Positions 28,375 through 38,596 of a stretch of DNA of 64,000 nucleotides are shown here, in pieces. Within the stretch, counting starts at the first letter, position 1. The number at the start of each line of letters is the position of its first letter. Under the pieces are notes generated by a model that was not told the DNA's origin, did not search any database, and was given only the letters and a program-made list of their open reading frames with translations. This DNA comes from an uncultured Acidobacteriota bacterium (GTDB taxonomy: Bacteria > Acidobacteriota > Thermoanaerobaculia > Gp7-AA8), in contig CAVUKB010000004.1 of assembly GCA_963741955.1 (NCBI GenBank), positions 256,001-320,000 of the forward strand, read 5' to 3'. A program made the position numbers and the translations under genes.

Positions 28375-30018
28375 TTGGCGACTGCGGTCAAGAAAGAGAA
28401 CTGGGGCTCGCGTGTCGGTCTGGTCCTGGCCATGGCAGGGAACGCCGTTGGCCTCGGCAACTTTCTCAGGTTTCCTGCTCAGGCGGCGCAGAACGGAGGC
28501 GGGGCGTTCCTCATCCCGTATCTGATCTCGTTCCTGCTGATGGGAATCCCCCTTCTCTGGGTGGAGTGGGCGATCGGACGTCACGGCGGAATCTACGGCC
28601 ATCACTCGGCGCCGGGCATGCTCGACAAGCTCGGGAAGCGGAAGTGGCTCAAGTACCTCGGCGTTTTTGGTCTCTTCACCAATCTCACCGTCGCTGCGTA
28701 CTACTGCTACGTCGAATCGTGGACGCTCGCGTACGTCTGGCATTCGCTGATCGGGACGTTCCGGCACACCGATCCGACGAAGTTCTTCCCTCACTACCTC
28801 GGGATGCACGCGGACTCGCTCTTCGCCGTCCCGCCGGAAGCGTTCCTCTTCTTCATCATCACGCTTGCGCTGAACACATTCATCCTCTCGCGCGGACTGG
28901 CGAAGGGAATCGAAGTCGCCGCGAAGATCGGGATGCCGCTGCTGCTCATCTTCGGCGCGATCCTGGTGATTCGAGGTCTGACCCTTCCGGTAGGCGGGAA
29001 GGTGATCGAGAGTCCTCTGCACGGGTTGAATTTCGTCTGGAATCCGAACCTTTCGGGCTTGACGAATCCGAGCATCTGGCTCGCTGCGGCGGGGCAGATC
29101 TTTTTCACTCTCTCGGTCGGCATGGGCTCCATCCACTGTTACGCCTCGTACGTGGGGAAGAAACAGGACATCGCGCTGAATGCTGCCTCCGCCGGGTGGA
29201 TGAACGAATTCGTGGAAGTGGTTCTCGGCGGATCGCTGCTGATTCCCATTGCGACGGCCTATCTCGGGCTCCACGTCGTGCAGCAGGACACGGCCGGTGG
29301 AAGCGGTTTCGGCCTCGCGTTCCTCACGCTTCCGAGCCTCTTCAACAACTGGGGGTGGTTCGCACCGATCGCTGGTGCGATGTGGTTCGGTCTCCTGTTC
29401 TTCGCCGGCATCACGTCATCACTGGCTATGGGACAGCCGATCCTCGCGTTTCTGGAGGACGAGTTCGGCGTCCGCCGAACTCGGTCGGCTCTCGCCTTCG
29501 GTCTGACCATCTTCTTCCTCGGATTCGTCGCGGTGTGGCTGTATCCGGGGGGCTCGTTCGACGAGTTCGACTTCTGGACCGGGACGTTCGCCCTGGTGGT
29601 GTTCGCGCTGGGTGAAGCGTTCGTGTTCGCGTTCGTCTTCGGAATCGACAAGGGATGGGCGGAGATCACTCGCGGAGCGGACATCGCCGTCCCGCGCATC
29701 TTCCGCTTTCTCATCAAGTGGGTCACTCCGTTCTTCATTCTGCTGATCTTCCTCGGCGCGGTCTTCAAGCCCGCCGACGGCGACTGGCTCGCGGCATTCA
29801 AGTCGCTCGGCACCGGAGGAGGATGGCACCTCGCGCCCGACAGTGTGATCGGAAAGATCCTGCACGTCGGAACACATTACGTCTGGTTCGACGCACAGGG
29901 TCGCGCGACGCCAGCCATGGTGCAGGACCTCACTCGCGGACTTCTGCTGATCGTCTTCCTCGCTTGCGCGTGGTTCGTCTGGAAGGCGTGGCGCCTGAAG
30001 GAAAGGAGGGAAGCATGA
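28375..30018 (+). CDS. Sodium-dependent NSS (LeuT-like) amino-acid transporter
   Basis: AGNAVGLGNFLRFP, GGGAF, QIFFTLS, FAGITSS; TTG start with GAGGAGG RBS. Confidence 0.95.
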   Translation: MATAVKKENWGSRVGLVLAMAGNAVGLGNFLRFPAQAAQNGGGAFLIPYLISFLLMGIPLLWVEWAIGRHGGIYGHHSAPGMLDKLGKRKWLKYLGVFGLFTNLTVAAYYCYVESWTLAYVWHSLIGTFRHTDPTKFFPHYLGMHADSLFAVPPEAFLFFIITLALNTFILSRGLAKGIEVAAKIGMPLLLIFGAILVIRGLTLPVGGKVIESPLHGLNFVWNPNLSGLTNPSIWLAAAGQIFFTLSVGMGSIHCYASYVGKKQDIALNAASAGWMNEFVEVVLGGSLLIPIATAYLGLHVVQQDTAGGSGFGLAFLTLPSLFNNWGWFAPIAGAMWFGLLFFAGITSSLAMGQPILAFLEDEFGVRRTRSALAFGLTIFFLGFVAVWLYPGGSFDEFDFWTGTFALVVFALGEAFVFAFVFGIDKGWAEITRGADIAVPRIFRFLIKWVTPFFILLIFLGAVFKPADGDWLAAFKSLGTGGGWHLAPDSVIGKILHVGTHYVWFDAQGRATPAMVQDLTRGLLLIVFLACAWFVWKAWRLKERREA

Positions 30019-30137
30019 GCGCAGGAGCCTGGACCATGCTCGGGATCACCTGGGCGATCGTCTTCTTCTTCACCGGAAGGTTCTTCTTCAAGGTGCTGAC
30101 CACACCGACGAAGGAGGAGGATTCGAGTCAGGAATGA
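30015..30137 (+). CDS. Small single-TM protein, MetS-like NSS accessory subunit
   Basis: MSAGAWTMLGITWAIVFFFTGRFFFKVL...; GGAGG RBS; ATGA overlap with the transporter. Confidence 0.75.
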   Translation: MSAGAWTMLGITWAIVFFFTGRFFFKVLTTPTKEEDSSQE

Positions 30138-30143
30138 TCGACG

Positions 30144-30172
30144 ACGGGGCGCTTCGGCGCCCCGTTCTCTTT
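30144..30172 (+). terminator. Intrinsic terminator
   Basis: ACGGGGCGC-TTCG-GCGCCCCGT followed by TCTCTTT. Confidence 0.75.
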
Positions 30173-30248
30173 CGATCCGATCTCACCCAGCCGCGGACGC
30201 ACGGTCATCGGAGCGGGAACGCGGATCGCACCCCGACCGCGGAGGACC

Positions 30249-31219
30249 ATGAGAACTCGACGCTCGAGTCTGTCTGAGCTCTCTCCGCACTCGGAGCTCT
30301 CCGGAGTCTTCGCCGATTACTTCGCGGGCGAAACGACGGCGCCGATGGCGCTCTCACAGATGCTGTTTCTCCGCCCTTCGAGCGGTGATGTCGAGCGAGG
30401 ATTCTCCACCTTCTGGAGCTCGCGAAGGGGCGTGGAGAGAAAGCCCAGGCGGCGCAGCTGGAGGAACTGCACGCGTGCTTTCGACGATACCGTTCCGGGT
30501 GCGAGCGTCTGGCGACGGTGGCCGCCGCGCACGAGCTCGCGATGCGCGACCTCGGTGATGACCCGGTCTCCGGATGCGCCTCGATGTTCGACCGGCTGGT
30601 GGCGATCTCCGAGGAGGCGAGCGTCGCGGCGTACTCACTCTCCACCCCGGAGTTGCTCGATGAAGCCACCGACGAGATCGTCGCTCTCTTTCGAAACTGG
30701 AATCTCCTCGACCCCTCGTCTCGCGTACTGGAGATCGGATGCGGCGTCGGCCGGATCGGGCACGCACTTGGCGGAGTGGTCGGATCGTTCCACGGCGTGG
30801 AGATCTCGCGGGGAATGCTCGTCCGGGCGGTTCGGCGCTGCTCGGAGGCTCCACGAATCTCGTTCTCGCTCTCCTCGGGAAGAGATCTTTCCCATCTGAA
30901 GAGTGGAGCGTTCGACCTGGTTCTGGCGGTCGACGCGTTTCCCTACATCCATGCCGCGGGGGAGAGGGTGGTGCGTCGGCATTTCGAAGAGATCGTACGA
31001 GTGACGCGAGGCCGCGGGGCGTTCGCGCTGATCAACTATTCCTATCGGGGAGAGCTCGATCGCGATCGCGAGGACCTCCGGGCTCTGGCGCGGGCGCATG
31101 GACTCGAGCTGGTGGTGGACGGCGCCGCGCCGTTCACCGTGTGGGACGGGGTGGCGTTCTGTCTCCGGAAAATCGAGGAGCCTGCGCGGCGGGAGTCGCT
31201 CCGACGCGCAGGCTCGTGA
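30249..31219 (+). CDS. Class I SAM-dependent methyltransferase with a frameshift near 30395
   Basis: VLEIGCGVG, FDLVLAVD; the N-terminal part with GGAGG RBS is in another frame. Confidence 0.75.
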
Positions 31220-31242
31220 GGTGTCTCGGAAGAGAGAAGGGG

Positions 31243-32580
31243 TCAAGCCTCCTGTCTTGCGAACTCCGCCCGGGTCATGTTCTCGATTCCATCGCTGGTC
31301 ACCGCGATGTCGTCCTCGACTCGGATTCCTCCGTACTTCCGGAATGAGTCGACTTTTTCCCACTTCACGTGCTTCGCGTTGTCACTCTCGCGCAGTTCCT
31401 TCAGGAGCGAGTCGATGAAGTAGAGCCCCGGCTCGATGGTGAAGACCATCCGCGGTTCGACCTTCCGGGTGAGGCGGAGGTACGGATGCCCCTCCGGTTT
31501 CGGAATGGGCGTCCCCTTCGGATCGGCGGAGAACCCACCGACATCGTGCACCTGAAGACCGATCAGGTGTCCGATGCCGTGAGGGAGAAATGTCGCGGTG
31601 AGCCGGCTCTCGACGGCGCCGTCACCGTCGAGGTCGGTGAACCCGAATCGGTGGAGGATCTCTCCAATCTTGTGATGGGCGAGCATGTGAACGTCGCGGT
31701 AGTCCGTTCCCGGCCTGATGGAGTTGCAGATCTCCTGCTGGGCCGTATCCATCGCAGCCACGAGATCGGCGTACTCGTCCTGCCTCTGGGAGTACGTTCG
31801 GGTGATGTCGCAGGCATAGCCGTTGACACTGGCGCCGGCGTCGATCAGGAACGAGTAGCGTTCCGACGCGGAGGGTTTCGCGCGTTCGAGATACTGGTAA
31901 TGAAGAACGGACGCGTGCTGGTTGAAGGCGATGATGTTGCCGTACGGAAGCTCGGCTTCCGTGTGCCCGGTGGCGCGGAGATAGGCGAGATGAATCTCGT
32001 ACTCGGAAGCCCCGGAGCGAAAAGCCTCGGCGGCTGCGCGGTGGCCGCGAACGCCGAGGACCGTCGCCTGGCGCATGCACTCGAGCTCGTAATCGGTCTT
32101 CCACGCGCGCTCGAAGTGGAGATGATTGACCAGGCGCTCCGGATTCGGATCGCCGACGTTCCATGCGGCGACCGTCGGTTCCGGTTCGCCGAGAAACGCG
32201 GTCTTCGTTCCGGGCCGGACGACGAGCTCCTTCGCCTCTTCCGGGTTGGCGATGACTCGGATGTCGAACTCGCCGACCCAGTAGCCGCTCGGCGGCTCGG
32301 GCGGTTTGTACCAGTAGTCGACCGGCTGGTAGAAGACCAGCAACGGCTTCTCGCCCGGTGCGTAGGAGACGAACGAATCCGGCACCGTGAGAATCGGAAC
32401 CCAGCTCTTGAAGTGCGGGTTCACCTTGAAGGAATAAGGCATGTCGTCGAGGAAAATCATGTGCTCGGCGCCTGCGAAGATCACCGCGCGGTCGTAGCCT
32501 GTTTCCCCGAGGGCGCGGTCGAAGCGACGGCGCATCTGTTCGATGTGGGCAGGGTAGAGCTCTGCGAGTTTGTCGTTCAT
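31243..32580 (-). CDS. pepQ: Xaa-Pro dipeptidase (prolidase)
   Basis: FKVNPHFKSW, LIDAGA, DITRT, PHGIGH...QVHD, TIEPG, GGIRVED. Confidence 0.93.
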   Translation of the reverse strand: MNDKLAELYPAHIEQMRRRFDRALGETGYDRAVIFAGAEHMIFLDDMPYSFKVNPHFKSWVPILTVPDSFVSYAPGEKPLLVFYQPVDYWYKPPEPPSGYWVGEFDIRVIANPEEAKELVVRPGTKTAFLGEPEPTVAAWNVGDPNPERLVNHLHFERAWKTDYELECMRQATVLGVRGHRAAAEAFRSGASEYEIHLAYLRATGHTEAELPYGNIIAFNQHASVLHYQYLERAKPSASERYSFLIDAGASVNGYACDITRTYSQRQDEYADLVAAMDTAQQEICNSIRPGTDYRDVHMLAHHKIGEILHRFGFTDLDGDGAVESRLTATFLPHGIGHLIGLQVHDVGGFSADPKGTPIPKPEGHPYLRLTRKVEPRMVFTIEPGLYFIDSLLKELRESDNAKHVKWEKVDSFRKYGGIRVEDDIAVTSDGIENMTRAEFARQEA

Positions 32581-32874
32581 GGATCTCCTCACTGGCCGGG
32601 AAGGATATCGCAAAACGGGAGGCTCGTTCCGAGGATGGATCCGGCGGGATGGAGGCTCCGGGCGGGATGGGGTTCCGTGCTCCCGTACCGGGCCACCGCG
32701 AGGGGAGCGTGCGGGTGCTACCGGATTCTTTCGAATCTGAAATGCGGAACGCGAAAATCGGCCGCGGACGGTGCGCGGGGTCAAGGGGACAGTTTCGTAA
32801 TTGTTTTCGGCGCGGATCGGAACGAGAATTCTCCAGTGCGGTTACCGCGGAGAAAGGTGACGCCGGGAGATGCG

Positions 32875-32890
32875 AGGCAACGGTCTTGCA
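32875..32890 (+). promoter_or_regulatory. sigma54-type promoter
   Basis: AGGCAACGGTCTTGCA (GG-N10-GC) upstream of the Omp85-like gene. Confidence 0.5.
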
Positions 32891-32975
32891 CGACGGTTTT
32901 TTCGTTCGGTCCGGCTCGCATCCGTGGCGACCAGTTCGACAGCGGAAACCGGACGTAAATGCGAGGGAGCCAGCC

Positions 32976-35900
32976 ATGTCTCAAAACCGTAGTCGTGTTG
33001 CCATCTTCTTTCCTGCTGCACTGATCCTCCTCCTGGGCATCGCCTTCGCCGTACCCGCCACGGCCCAGCAGTACTTCGGGCGCAACAAGGTCCAGTGGGA
33101 GAGCTTCGACTTCAAGGTGATGAAGACTCCGCACTTCGACATCTACTACTACGGCAACCGGGCGCCCATCGAAGACGTCGGACGGATGGCAGAGCGGTGG
33201 TATGCCCGTTACGAGAAGGCTTTCGGCCGCGGGCTCTCCGAGCGAAAGCCGATCGTGATCTATCAGAACCAGGCGGACTTTCAGCAAACCACCACCACGG
33301 GGGGCCTGATCGGGCAGGGAACCGGGGGGTTCACCGACTTCTTCCGGAATCGAATCGTGATGCCGCTGACCGGCGACTATGCGGATACCGATCACGTTCT
33401 CGGACACGAGATGGTGCACGTCTTCGAGTTCGACCTCTCGAGCCAGTTCGGCAAAGGACAGGTCATCAATCTGCCGCTATGGGCGGTGGAAGGATTGGCG
33501 GAGTACTTCTCGCAAGGGCGTATCGATCCTCAGACTGCGATGTGGGTCCGGGACGCCGCGATCCACGACAAGCTTCCCGACCTCCGAAAGCTCACCACCG
33601 ACCCTCGGTTCTCTCCGTATCAGTACGGACAGGCGTTCTGGGCGTACATCGGAGGCCGCTACGGAGACGCAGCCGTCGCACAGCTTTTCTTCAGTATGAG
33701 CCACTTCGGGATCGAGCAGGGGATCGAGCGGGTGCTCGGTGTACCTGCGAAACAGGTGTTCGAGGAATGGCACAACGCGGTCAAGTCGTATTACCAGCCG
33801 GTGCTCGACGCACGGCAGTCGCCGAAAGAAGCGGGCATCACGCCTCTGCTGGGGAAAGAGACGACCGGAGCGGACCTGAACATCGCTCCGTCGGTCAGTC
33901 CGGACGGATCGACGGTGGCGTTCCTCTCCAGCCGCGGTCTCTTCTCGATCGATCTCTACCTCGCGGACACGAGCACCGGAAAAGTCACCCGGAGACTGGT
34001 CAGCGCGCAGAGCAATCCGCACTTCGATGCGCTCCGTTTCATCGACTCGTCCGGCAGCTGGTCACCCGACGGACAGAAGCTGGCGTTCGTGGTCTTCGAA
34101 AAAGGTGACAACCGTCTCGACGTCGTCGACGTCGGGACGCGCAAGGTCGAGAAGGACATCAACATCAAATCGGTCGACGCGATGGCGAATCCGGCCTGGT
34201 CTCCCGACGGCCACTCGATCGCATTCTCCGGAACGTCGCAGGGACTGACCGATCTCTGGATCTACGATCTCACCACCGGGCAGACACGTCGTCTGATGAA
34301 CGACGCTTACGGCGATCTCGAACCGGCGTGGTCGCCGGACGGAACGCGGATCGCGTGGGTCTCCGATCGGGGTCCGGGAACGGATCTGGACGAGCTCGCG
34401 TACCACCCGATGAGGATCTGGATGATGGACGTGGCGAGTGGCAAGATGGAGCTCCTGCCGTTGTTCGACAACGCGGAGCACATCAATCCGCAGTTCTCGC
34501 CCGATGGCCACAGCCTCTACTTCATCGCCGATCCGGAAGGGGTTCCGGACGTCTTCGAATACTCGTTCGACACCGGTGCGATCACCCGGATCACCCACGT
34601 CGAAACCGGCGTCTCCGGAATCACGGATCTTTCTCCGGCGCTGACCGTCTCGGCCCGCACGGGGCGGATCCTCTACTCGCTCTTCGAGAACGGCAATTAC
34701 GCGATCTACCAGATCAACCCGGGCGAAGCACCACGGACTGCGGTCGCTTCAGCTGCGGCGTCGCTCTCTCCGGCCGGAGTCCTTCCTCCGCTGCCTCTCG
34801 AGCAGAGTGTCGTCACGACGTATCTGCAGAGTCCTTCGAATGGTCTCCCTGCTCCATCGACGGAATTCGCCACCGGATCGTACCGTCCCTCGTTCAGCCT
34901 CGAATACGTAGGTCCCCCGACCGTGGGGGTGGGCACCGACCGTTTCGGGACGGGGATCGGCGGGAGTGTGAGCGCGTACTGGGGCGACATGCTCGATACC
35001 CAGCAGATCGGTCTCGCCGTGCAGACCAACTCCGTCGCGGGGAACGCGATCGGGGATCAGATCGGCGCACAGGTGATGTACCTGAATCAGAAACGGAGGA
35101 TCAACTGGGGAGGGACGGCGACGCACCTCCCGTACGTGACCGGTTTCACGACCGTCGAGCCGGCGGCGCCGGACCAGCCGCTCGGTGCAGAGAACATCAA
35201 TCAGTACATCCAGACCATCCGGATCGACGACCTCGCCGCGACGGCGCAATATCCATTCAGTCTCACCCGCCGGATCGAAGCGAGCGGCGGATATACACAT
35301 TACGGCTTCAGCATCCTCCAGCAGCAGTACGTCGTACTGGGCAACCAGATCATCGGGCAGAACTTCACGCATCTTCCTGCACCGGATGCGATCACCCTCT
35401 ATCACGCTTCGACCGCGTTCGTCGGGGACAGCTCGTTCTACGGGTTCGTCTCGCCGATCCGCGGAACCCGCTATCGGTACGAAGCCGAAGCGTACACGGG
35501 TGATCTCAAATACGAGACTGCGCTCGCAGACTGGCGCCGGTACTTCTTCCTGCAGCCGGTGACCATTGCGGTTCGCGGACTCCACTACGGGCGTTACGGA
35601 ACGGATGCGGAGGACCAGCGCCTCTCGCCGCTCTACATCGGCTACGAGGATCTGGTGCGCGGATACGACATCAATTCGTTCGACGCCAACGAGTGCACTT
35701 CCGTACCGGGAAGCAACGGCTGTCCCCAGTTCGACCGGCTGATCGGCAGCAAAGTCCTGGTCGGGAGTCTCGAGGTACGGGTGCCGCTCTTCGGAACCAA
35801 AGAGTTCGGACTGATCAACTTCCCCTCCGTTCCCACCGAGCTCGCCGGCTTCGTCGACGGCGGCGCCGCGTGGAGCAAGGGACAGTCGGTCGATTGGAAG

Positions 35901-36062
35901 TACGCTACGAATACCACGGCGCGCGTGCCGGTCTTCAGTTACGGAGTCGCCGCCAGATTGCTCCTCGGCGGGTACATTCCCCTCGAGTTCTACTGGGCCA
36001 AGCCACTCCAGAGGCCGGAAAAGAGCTCGGTCTTCGGATTCCTGATCGCTCCGGGGTGGTAG
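32976..36062 (+). CDS. Outer-membrane protein: peptidase MA domain + PD40/TolB propeller + Omp85/BamA-like barrel
   Basis: Signal peptide, QYFGRNKVQ, HEMVH...EGLAEY, five SPDG repeats, VRGY loop motif, terminal Trp. Confidence 0.88.
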   Translation: MSQNRSRVAIFFPAALILLLGIAFAVPATAQQYFGRNKVQWESFDFKVMKTPHFDIYYYGNRAPIEDVGRMAERWYARYEKAFGRGLSERKPIVIYQNQADFQQTTTTGGLIGQGTGGFTDFFRNRIVMPLTGDYADTDHVLGHEMVHVFEFDLSSQFGKGQVINLPLWAVEGLAEYFSQGRIDPQTAMWVRDAAIHDKLPDLRKLTTDPRFSPYQYGQAFWAYIGGRYGDAAVAQLFFSMSHFGIEQGIERVLGVPAKQVFEEWHNAVKSYYQPVLDARQSPKEAGITPLLGKETTGADLNIAPSVSPDGSTVAFLSSRGLFSIDLYLADTSTGKVTRRLVSAQSNPHFDALRFIDSSGSWSPDGQKLAFVVFEKGDNRLDVVDVGTRKVEKDINIKSVDAMANPAWSPDGHSIAFSGTSQGLTDLWIYDLTTGQTRRLMNDAYGDLEPAWSPDGTRIAWVSDRGPGTDLDELAYHPMRIWMMDVASGKMELLPLFDNAEHINPQFSPDGHSLYFIADPEGVPDVFEYSFDTGAITRITHVETGVSGITDLSPALTVSARTGRILYSLFENGNYAIYQINPGEAPRTAVASAAASLSPAGVLPPLPLEQSVVTTYLQSPSNGLPAPSTEFATGSYRPSFSLEYVGPPTVGVGTDRFGTGIGGSVSAYWGDMLDTQQIGLAVQTNSVAGNAIGDQIGAQVMYLNQKRRINWGGTATHLPYVTGFTTVEPAAPDQPLGAENINQYIQTIRIDDLAATAQYPFSLTRRIEASGGYTHYGFSILQQQYVVLGNQIIGQNFTHLPAPDAITLYHASTAFVGDSSFYGFVSPIRGTRYRYEAEAYTGDLKYETALADWRRYFFLQPVTIAVRGLHYGRYGTDAEDQRLSPLYIGYEDLVRGYDINSFDANECTSVPGSNGCPQFDRLIGSKVLVGSLEVRVPLFGTKEFGLINFPSVPTELAGFVDGGAAWSKGQSVDWKYATNTTARVPVFSYGVAARLLLGGYIPLEFYWAKPLQRPEKSSVFGFLIAPGW

Positions 36063-36100
36063 TGGCGTCGGAATCCGAATGTGAAAGAATGCGGGCCGCG

Positions 36101-36754
36101 ATGACGGAAACTTCCGCCGGAACGGCCCGCATTTCCCTTCTCCGACGCGCATCGACGCTCGAGCTCCTGACCATCGGCTGGGACGCCACCGAAGGCGCGG
36201 TGGCCATCCGGGCCGGTCTTGCCGCGGGGAGTATCGCGCTGGTGGGATTCGGCCTCGACAGCGCGATCGAGATCGTATCCGCAGTCGCGCTCTTCGCCCG
36301 GCTGCGTGGAGAGATTCGAACCCGCGAGATCAACGAACGAGCCGAGGCACTCGCGGTCCGGATCGTGGGAGTGACGTTCTTCCTCCTCGCGACCTACGTT
36401 GCCTGGGAAGCCGTCTCCACGCTCGTTCACCGCGAGCAAGCACGGGAGAGCCTCGTCGGGATCGTTCTCGCCGCGGTCGCCCTGGTGGTGATGCCGTGGC
36501 TGGGATGGGCCAAGATGCGGATCGGCCGATCCCTCGGGAGCGCCGCACTCGTCGCGGACGCGAAGGAGACATTCGCCTGCGGCTACCTCTCGTTCGCCCT
36601 TCTCCTCGGTCTCGGCCTGAACGCCCTCTTCGGCTGGTGGTGGGCCGATCCGGCCGCCGCCCTGATCATGGTCCCGTTCCTGGTCCGGGAAGGATGGGAG
36701 GCGTTCGAAGAAGAAGACGAGGAAGTAGACGAAGGGGAGAGGGAGCCGGAGTGA
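36101..36754 (+). CDS. Cation diffusion facilitator-type transporter (TMEM163-like, no C-terminal domain)
   Basis: SIALVGFGLDSAIE, ALVADAKET, WWADP; acidic tail. Confidence 0.85.
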   Translation: MTETSAGTARISLLRRASTLELLTIGWDATEGAVAIRAGLAAGSIALVGFGLDSAIEIVSAVALFARLRGEIRTREINERAEALAVRIVGVTFFLLATYVAWEAVSTLVHREQARESLVGIVLAAVALVVMPWLGWAKMRIGRSLGSAALVADAKETFACGYLSFALLLGLGLNALFGWWWADPAAALIMVPFLVREGWEAFEEEDEEVDEGEREPE

Positions 36755-36861
36755 CGAATTCGAGCCGGCGAACAGGCCTGGTGTGACTCGTGCCACTGGC
36801 GCCGTCCCTCGTGCTGTGGTAACTAGTGTCCGCTTTTTACATCCCGCCTCGGGAAGGACAC

Positions 36862-37779
36862 ATGTTCAGGGCTTTCTTCATCAAACTATCGGAAAGTAGA
36901 TCGCTCCGTTCGATCGCCGAACGTTCCTCCATGGGGCGTAAGGTCTCTCAGAGATTCGTCGCCGGCATGGGCCTCGACGACGCGATCCGGGCCACGCGCG
37001 AAGTCAACGCACTGGGGATGCGCGTCAGCATCGACAACCTCGGCGAGAACGTCACGAACGCCGACGAAGCGCGGCAGAGCGCAGAGCTCTACCACTCGCT
37101 GCTCGATGCGATCACCAGAGAGAAGCTCGAGGCGAACGTCAGCCTCAAGCTCACCCATATGGGCCTCGACGTCGACGAACAGCTCGCGCGAGGAATCGTT
37201 CGCGACCTGGTCACGCACGCGGCGCGGATCGGAAGTTTCGTTCGCGTCGACATGGAAGGCTCACCCTACACCCGGAAGACGCTCGACTTCGTCCGGGAGC
37301 TTCACTCCGAGCCCGGTCATGGCGACGTGGTGGGAACGGTGATCCAGGCATACCTCCGAAGGAGCGAAGACGACGTCCGCCGGCTCTGTGCCGAGGGCGT
37401 CAGGATCCGTCTCTGTAAGGGAGCCTACAAAGAGCCGGAAGAGATCGCGTTCCAGCCGAAGTCGGAGGTGGATGCGAATTTCGTACGGCTGATGAAGATC
37501 CTTCTCGAGAGCGGCGTTTTTCACGGGATCGCGACACACGACCCGAAGATGATCGATGCCACCGTTGCGTTCGCGAAGGAGAAGGGGATTCCGCCCTCCG
37601 CGTTCGAGTTCCAGATGCTGCACGGCATCCGGCGCGACCTGCAGCAACAGCTGGTCCGGGACGGTTGGGGAGTCCGGGTCTACGTTCCGTTCGGAACGGA
37701 GTGGTATCCGTACTTCATGCGACGGCTGGCCGAACGGCCCGCGAACGTCTTCTTCCTGCTCAAGAACCTTTTTCGCTGA
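36862..37779 (+). CDS. Monofunctional proline dehydrogenase
   Basis: DNLGE, SLKLT, RVDME, QAYLRR, RLCKGAY, ATHD, YFMRRLAERP. Confidence 0.95.
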   Translation: MFRAFFIKLSESRSLRSIAERSSMGRKVSQRFVAGMGLDDAIRATREVNALGMRVSIDNLGENVTNADEARQSAELYHSLLDAITREKLEANVSLKLTHMGLDVDEQLARGIVRDLVTHAARIGSFVRVDMEGSPYTRKTLDFVRELHSEPGHGDVVGTVIQAYLRRSEDDVRRLCAEGVRIRLCKGAYKEPEEIAFQPKSEVDANFVRLMKILLESGVFHGIATHDPKMIDATVAFAKEKGIPPSAFEFQMLHGIRRDLQQQLVRDGWGVRVYVPFGTEWYPYFMRRLAERPANVFFLLKNLFR

Positions 37780-37942
37780 TTCTGAGCTGTGGGCTCGAGG
37801 AATCAATCTCGGCGAGAAGGGAAGCGTCCGCTCCGAAACGCTCGAGCATCTCGGCCGTGATCTCTTCAAAGGCCGCCTGGAAGAGCGCTTCGAGATCGCC
37901 GCTGTCGTCGCGCGTGTCGAAGGCGTCCCCATCTTTCTTCAT
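37760..37942 (-). CDS. Putative small acidic protein (60 aa)
   Basis: MKKDGDAFD...; AGAGGAAG RBS and a sigma54 motif 28 nt upstream. Confidence 0.5.
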   Translation of the reverse strand: MKKDGDAFDTRDDSGDLEALFQAAFEEITAEMLERFGADASLLAEIDSSSPQLRISEKGS

Positions 37943-37969
37943 CTTCCTCTGCTCTCCGCCGGGCGGCGA

Positions 37970-37985
37970 TGCAATCGGGCAGCCA
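37970..37985 (-). promoter_or_regulatory. sigma54-type promoter
   Basis: TGGCTGCCCGATTGCA (GG-N10-GC). Confidence 0.6.
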
Positions 37986-38170
37986 CGTTTCGAATTCAGT
38001 GGATTCCTGAGGTGGCGCCGGCTGCGGAATTCCGGCGTCCGGAACCCTTGCATCCGCCCGGGAGGAAGAGCAGAATCCTCGGGTCCATTTTTCTTCGAAG
38101 CGATGATCCGGAGACCGGTACCGCCGCCGGCCGCAGGGACGTCGAGTTGACTCCCGGGAGGCCTTTCGTG

Positions 38171-38566
38171 ATGCAGTCTGAAGACATCGATGCTCGGATT
38201 CGCAGTCTCTGTCTGAAACTTCCCCATTCCTCCGAATCGTTTCCCCCTCGCGGCCACGCATTTTCGGTCGGCGGCAAGACCTTCGCCGTGATCGAAGACT
38301 ACAACGGACATCATTCGCTGGCGGTCAAGGGCGCCATTCCGGGCGCGGAGCTCTTTCCGGATGAGGATCGCTTCTTCGTCACGCCGCTGGTCGGACGTCG
38401 GGGGTGGATCTCCCTGATCCTCGATCGCGGCGAGCTCGACTGGCGGGAGATCGCCGCGTTACTCGAGCTCAGTTACCGGCAGGTCGCAAGCCGGCGGGCG
38501 CTGAAGGCTCTCGAAGCGTGGGTCGAATCGAGACCGCCGCTTCATGGCGAAGCGCAGCCGATCTGA
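38171..38566 (+). CDS. MmcQ/YjbR-family protein
   Basis: CLKLP, FSVGGKTFA, GRRGWISL, LELSYRQVA. Confidence 0.88.
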   Translation: MQSEDIDARIRSLCLKLPHSSESFPPRGHAFSVGGKTFAVIEDYNGHHSLAVKGAIPGAELFPDEDRFFVTPLVGRRGWISLILDRGELDWREIAALLELSYRQVASRRALKALEAWVESRPPLHGEAQPI

Positions 38567-38596
38567 TCGCCCGTCTCCCGGGGCCGCTCGACCGAG

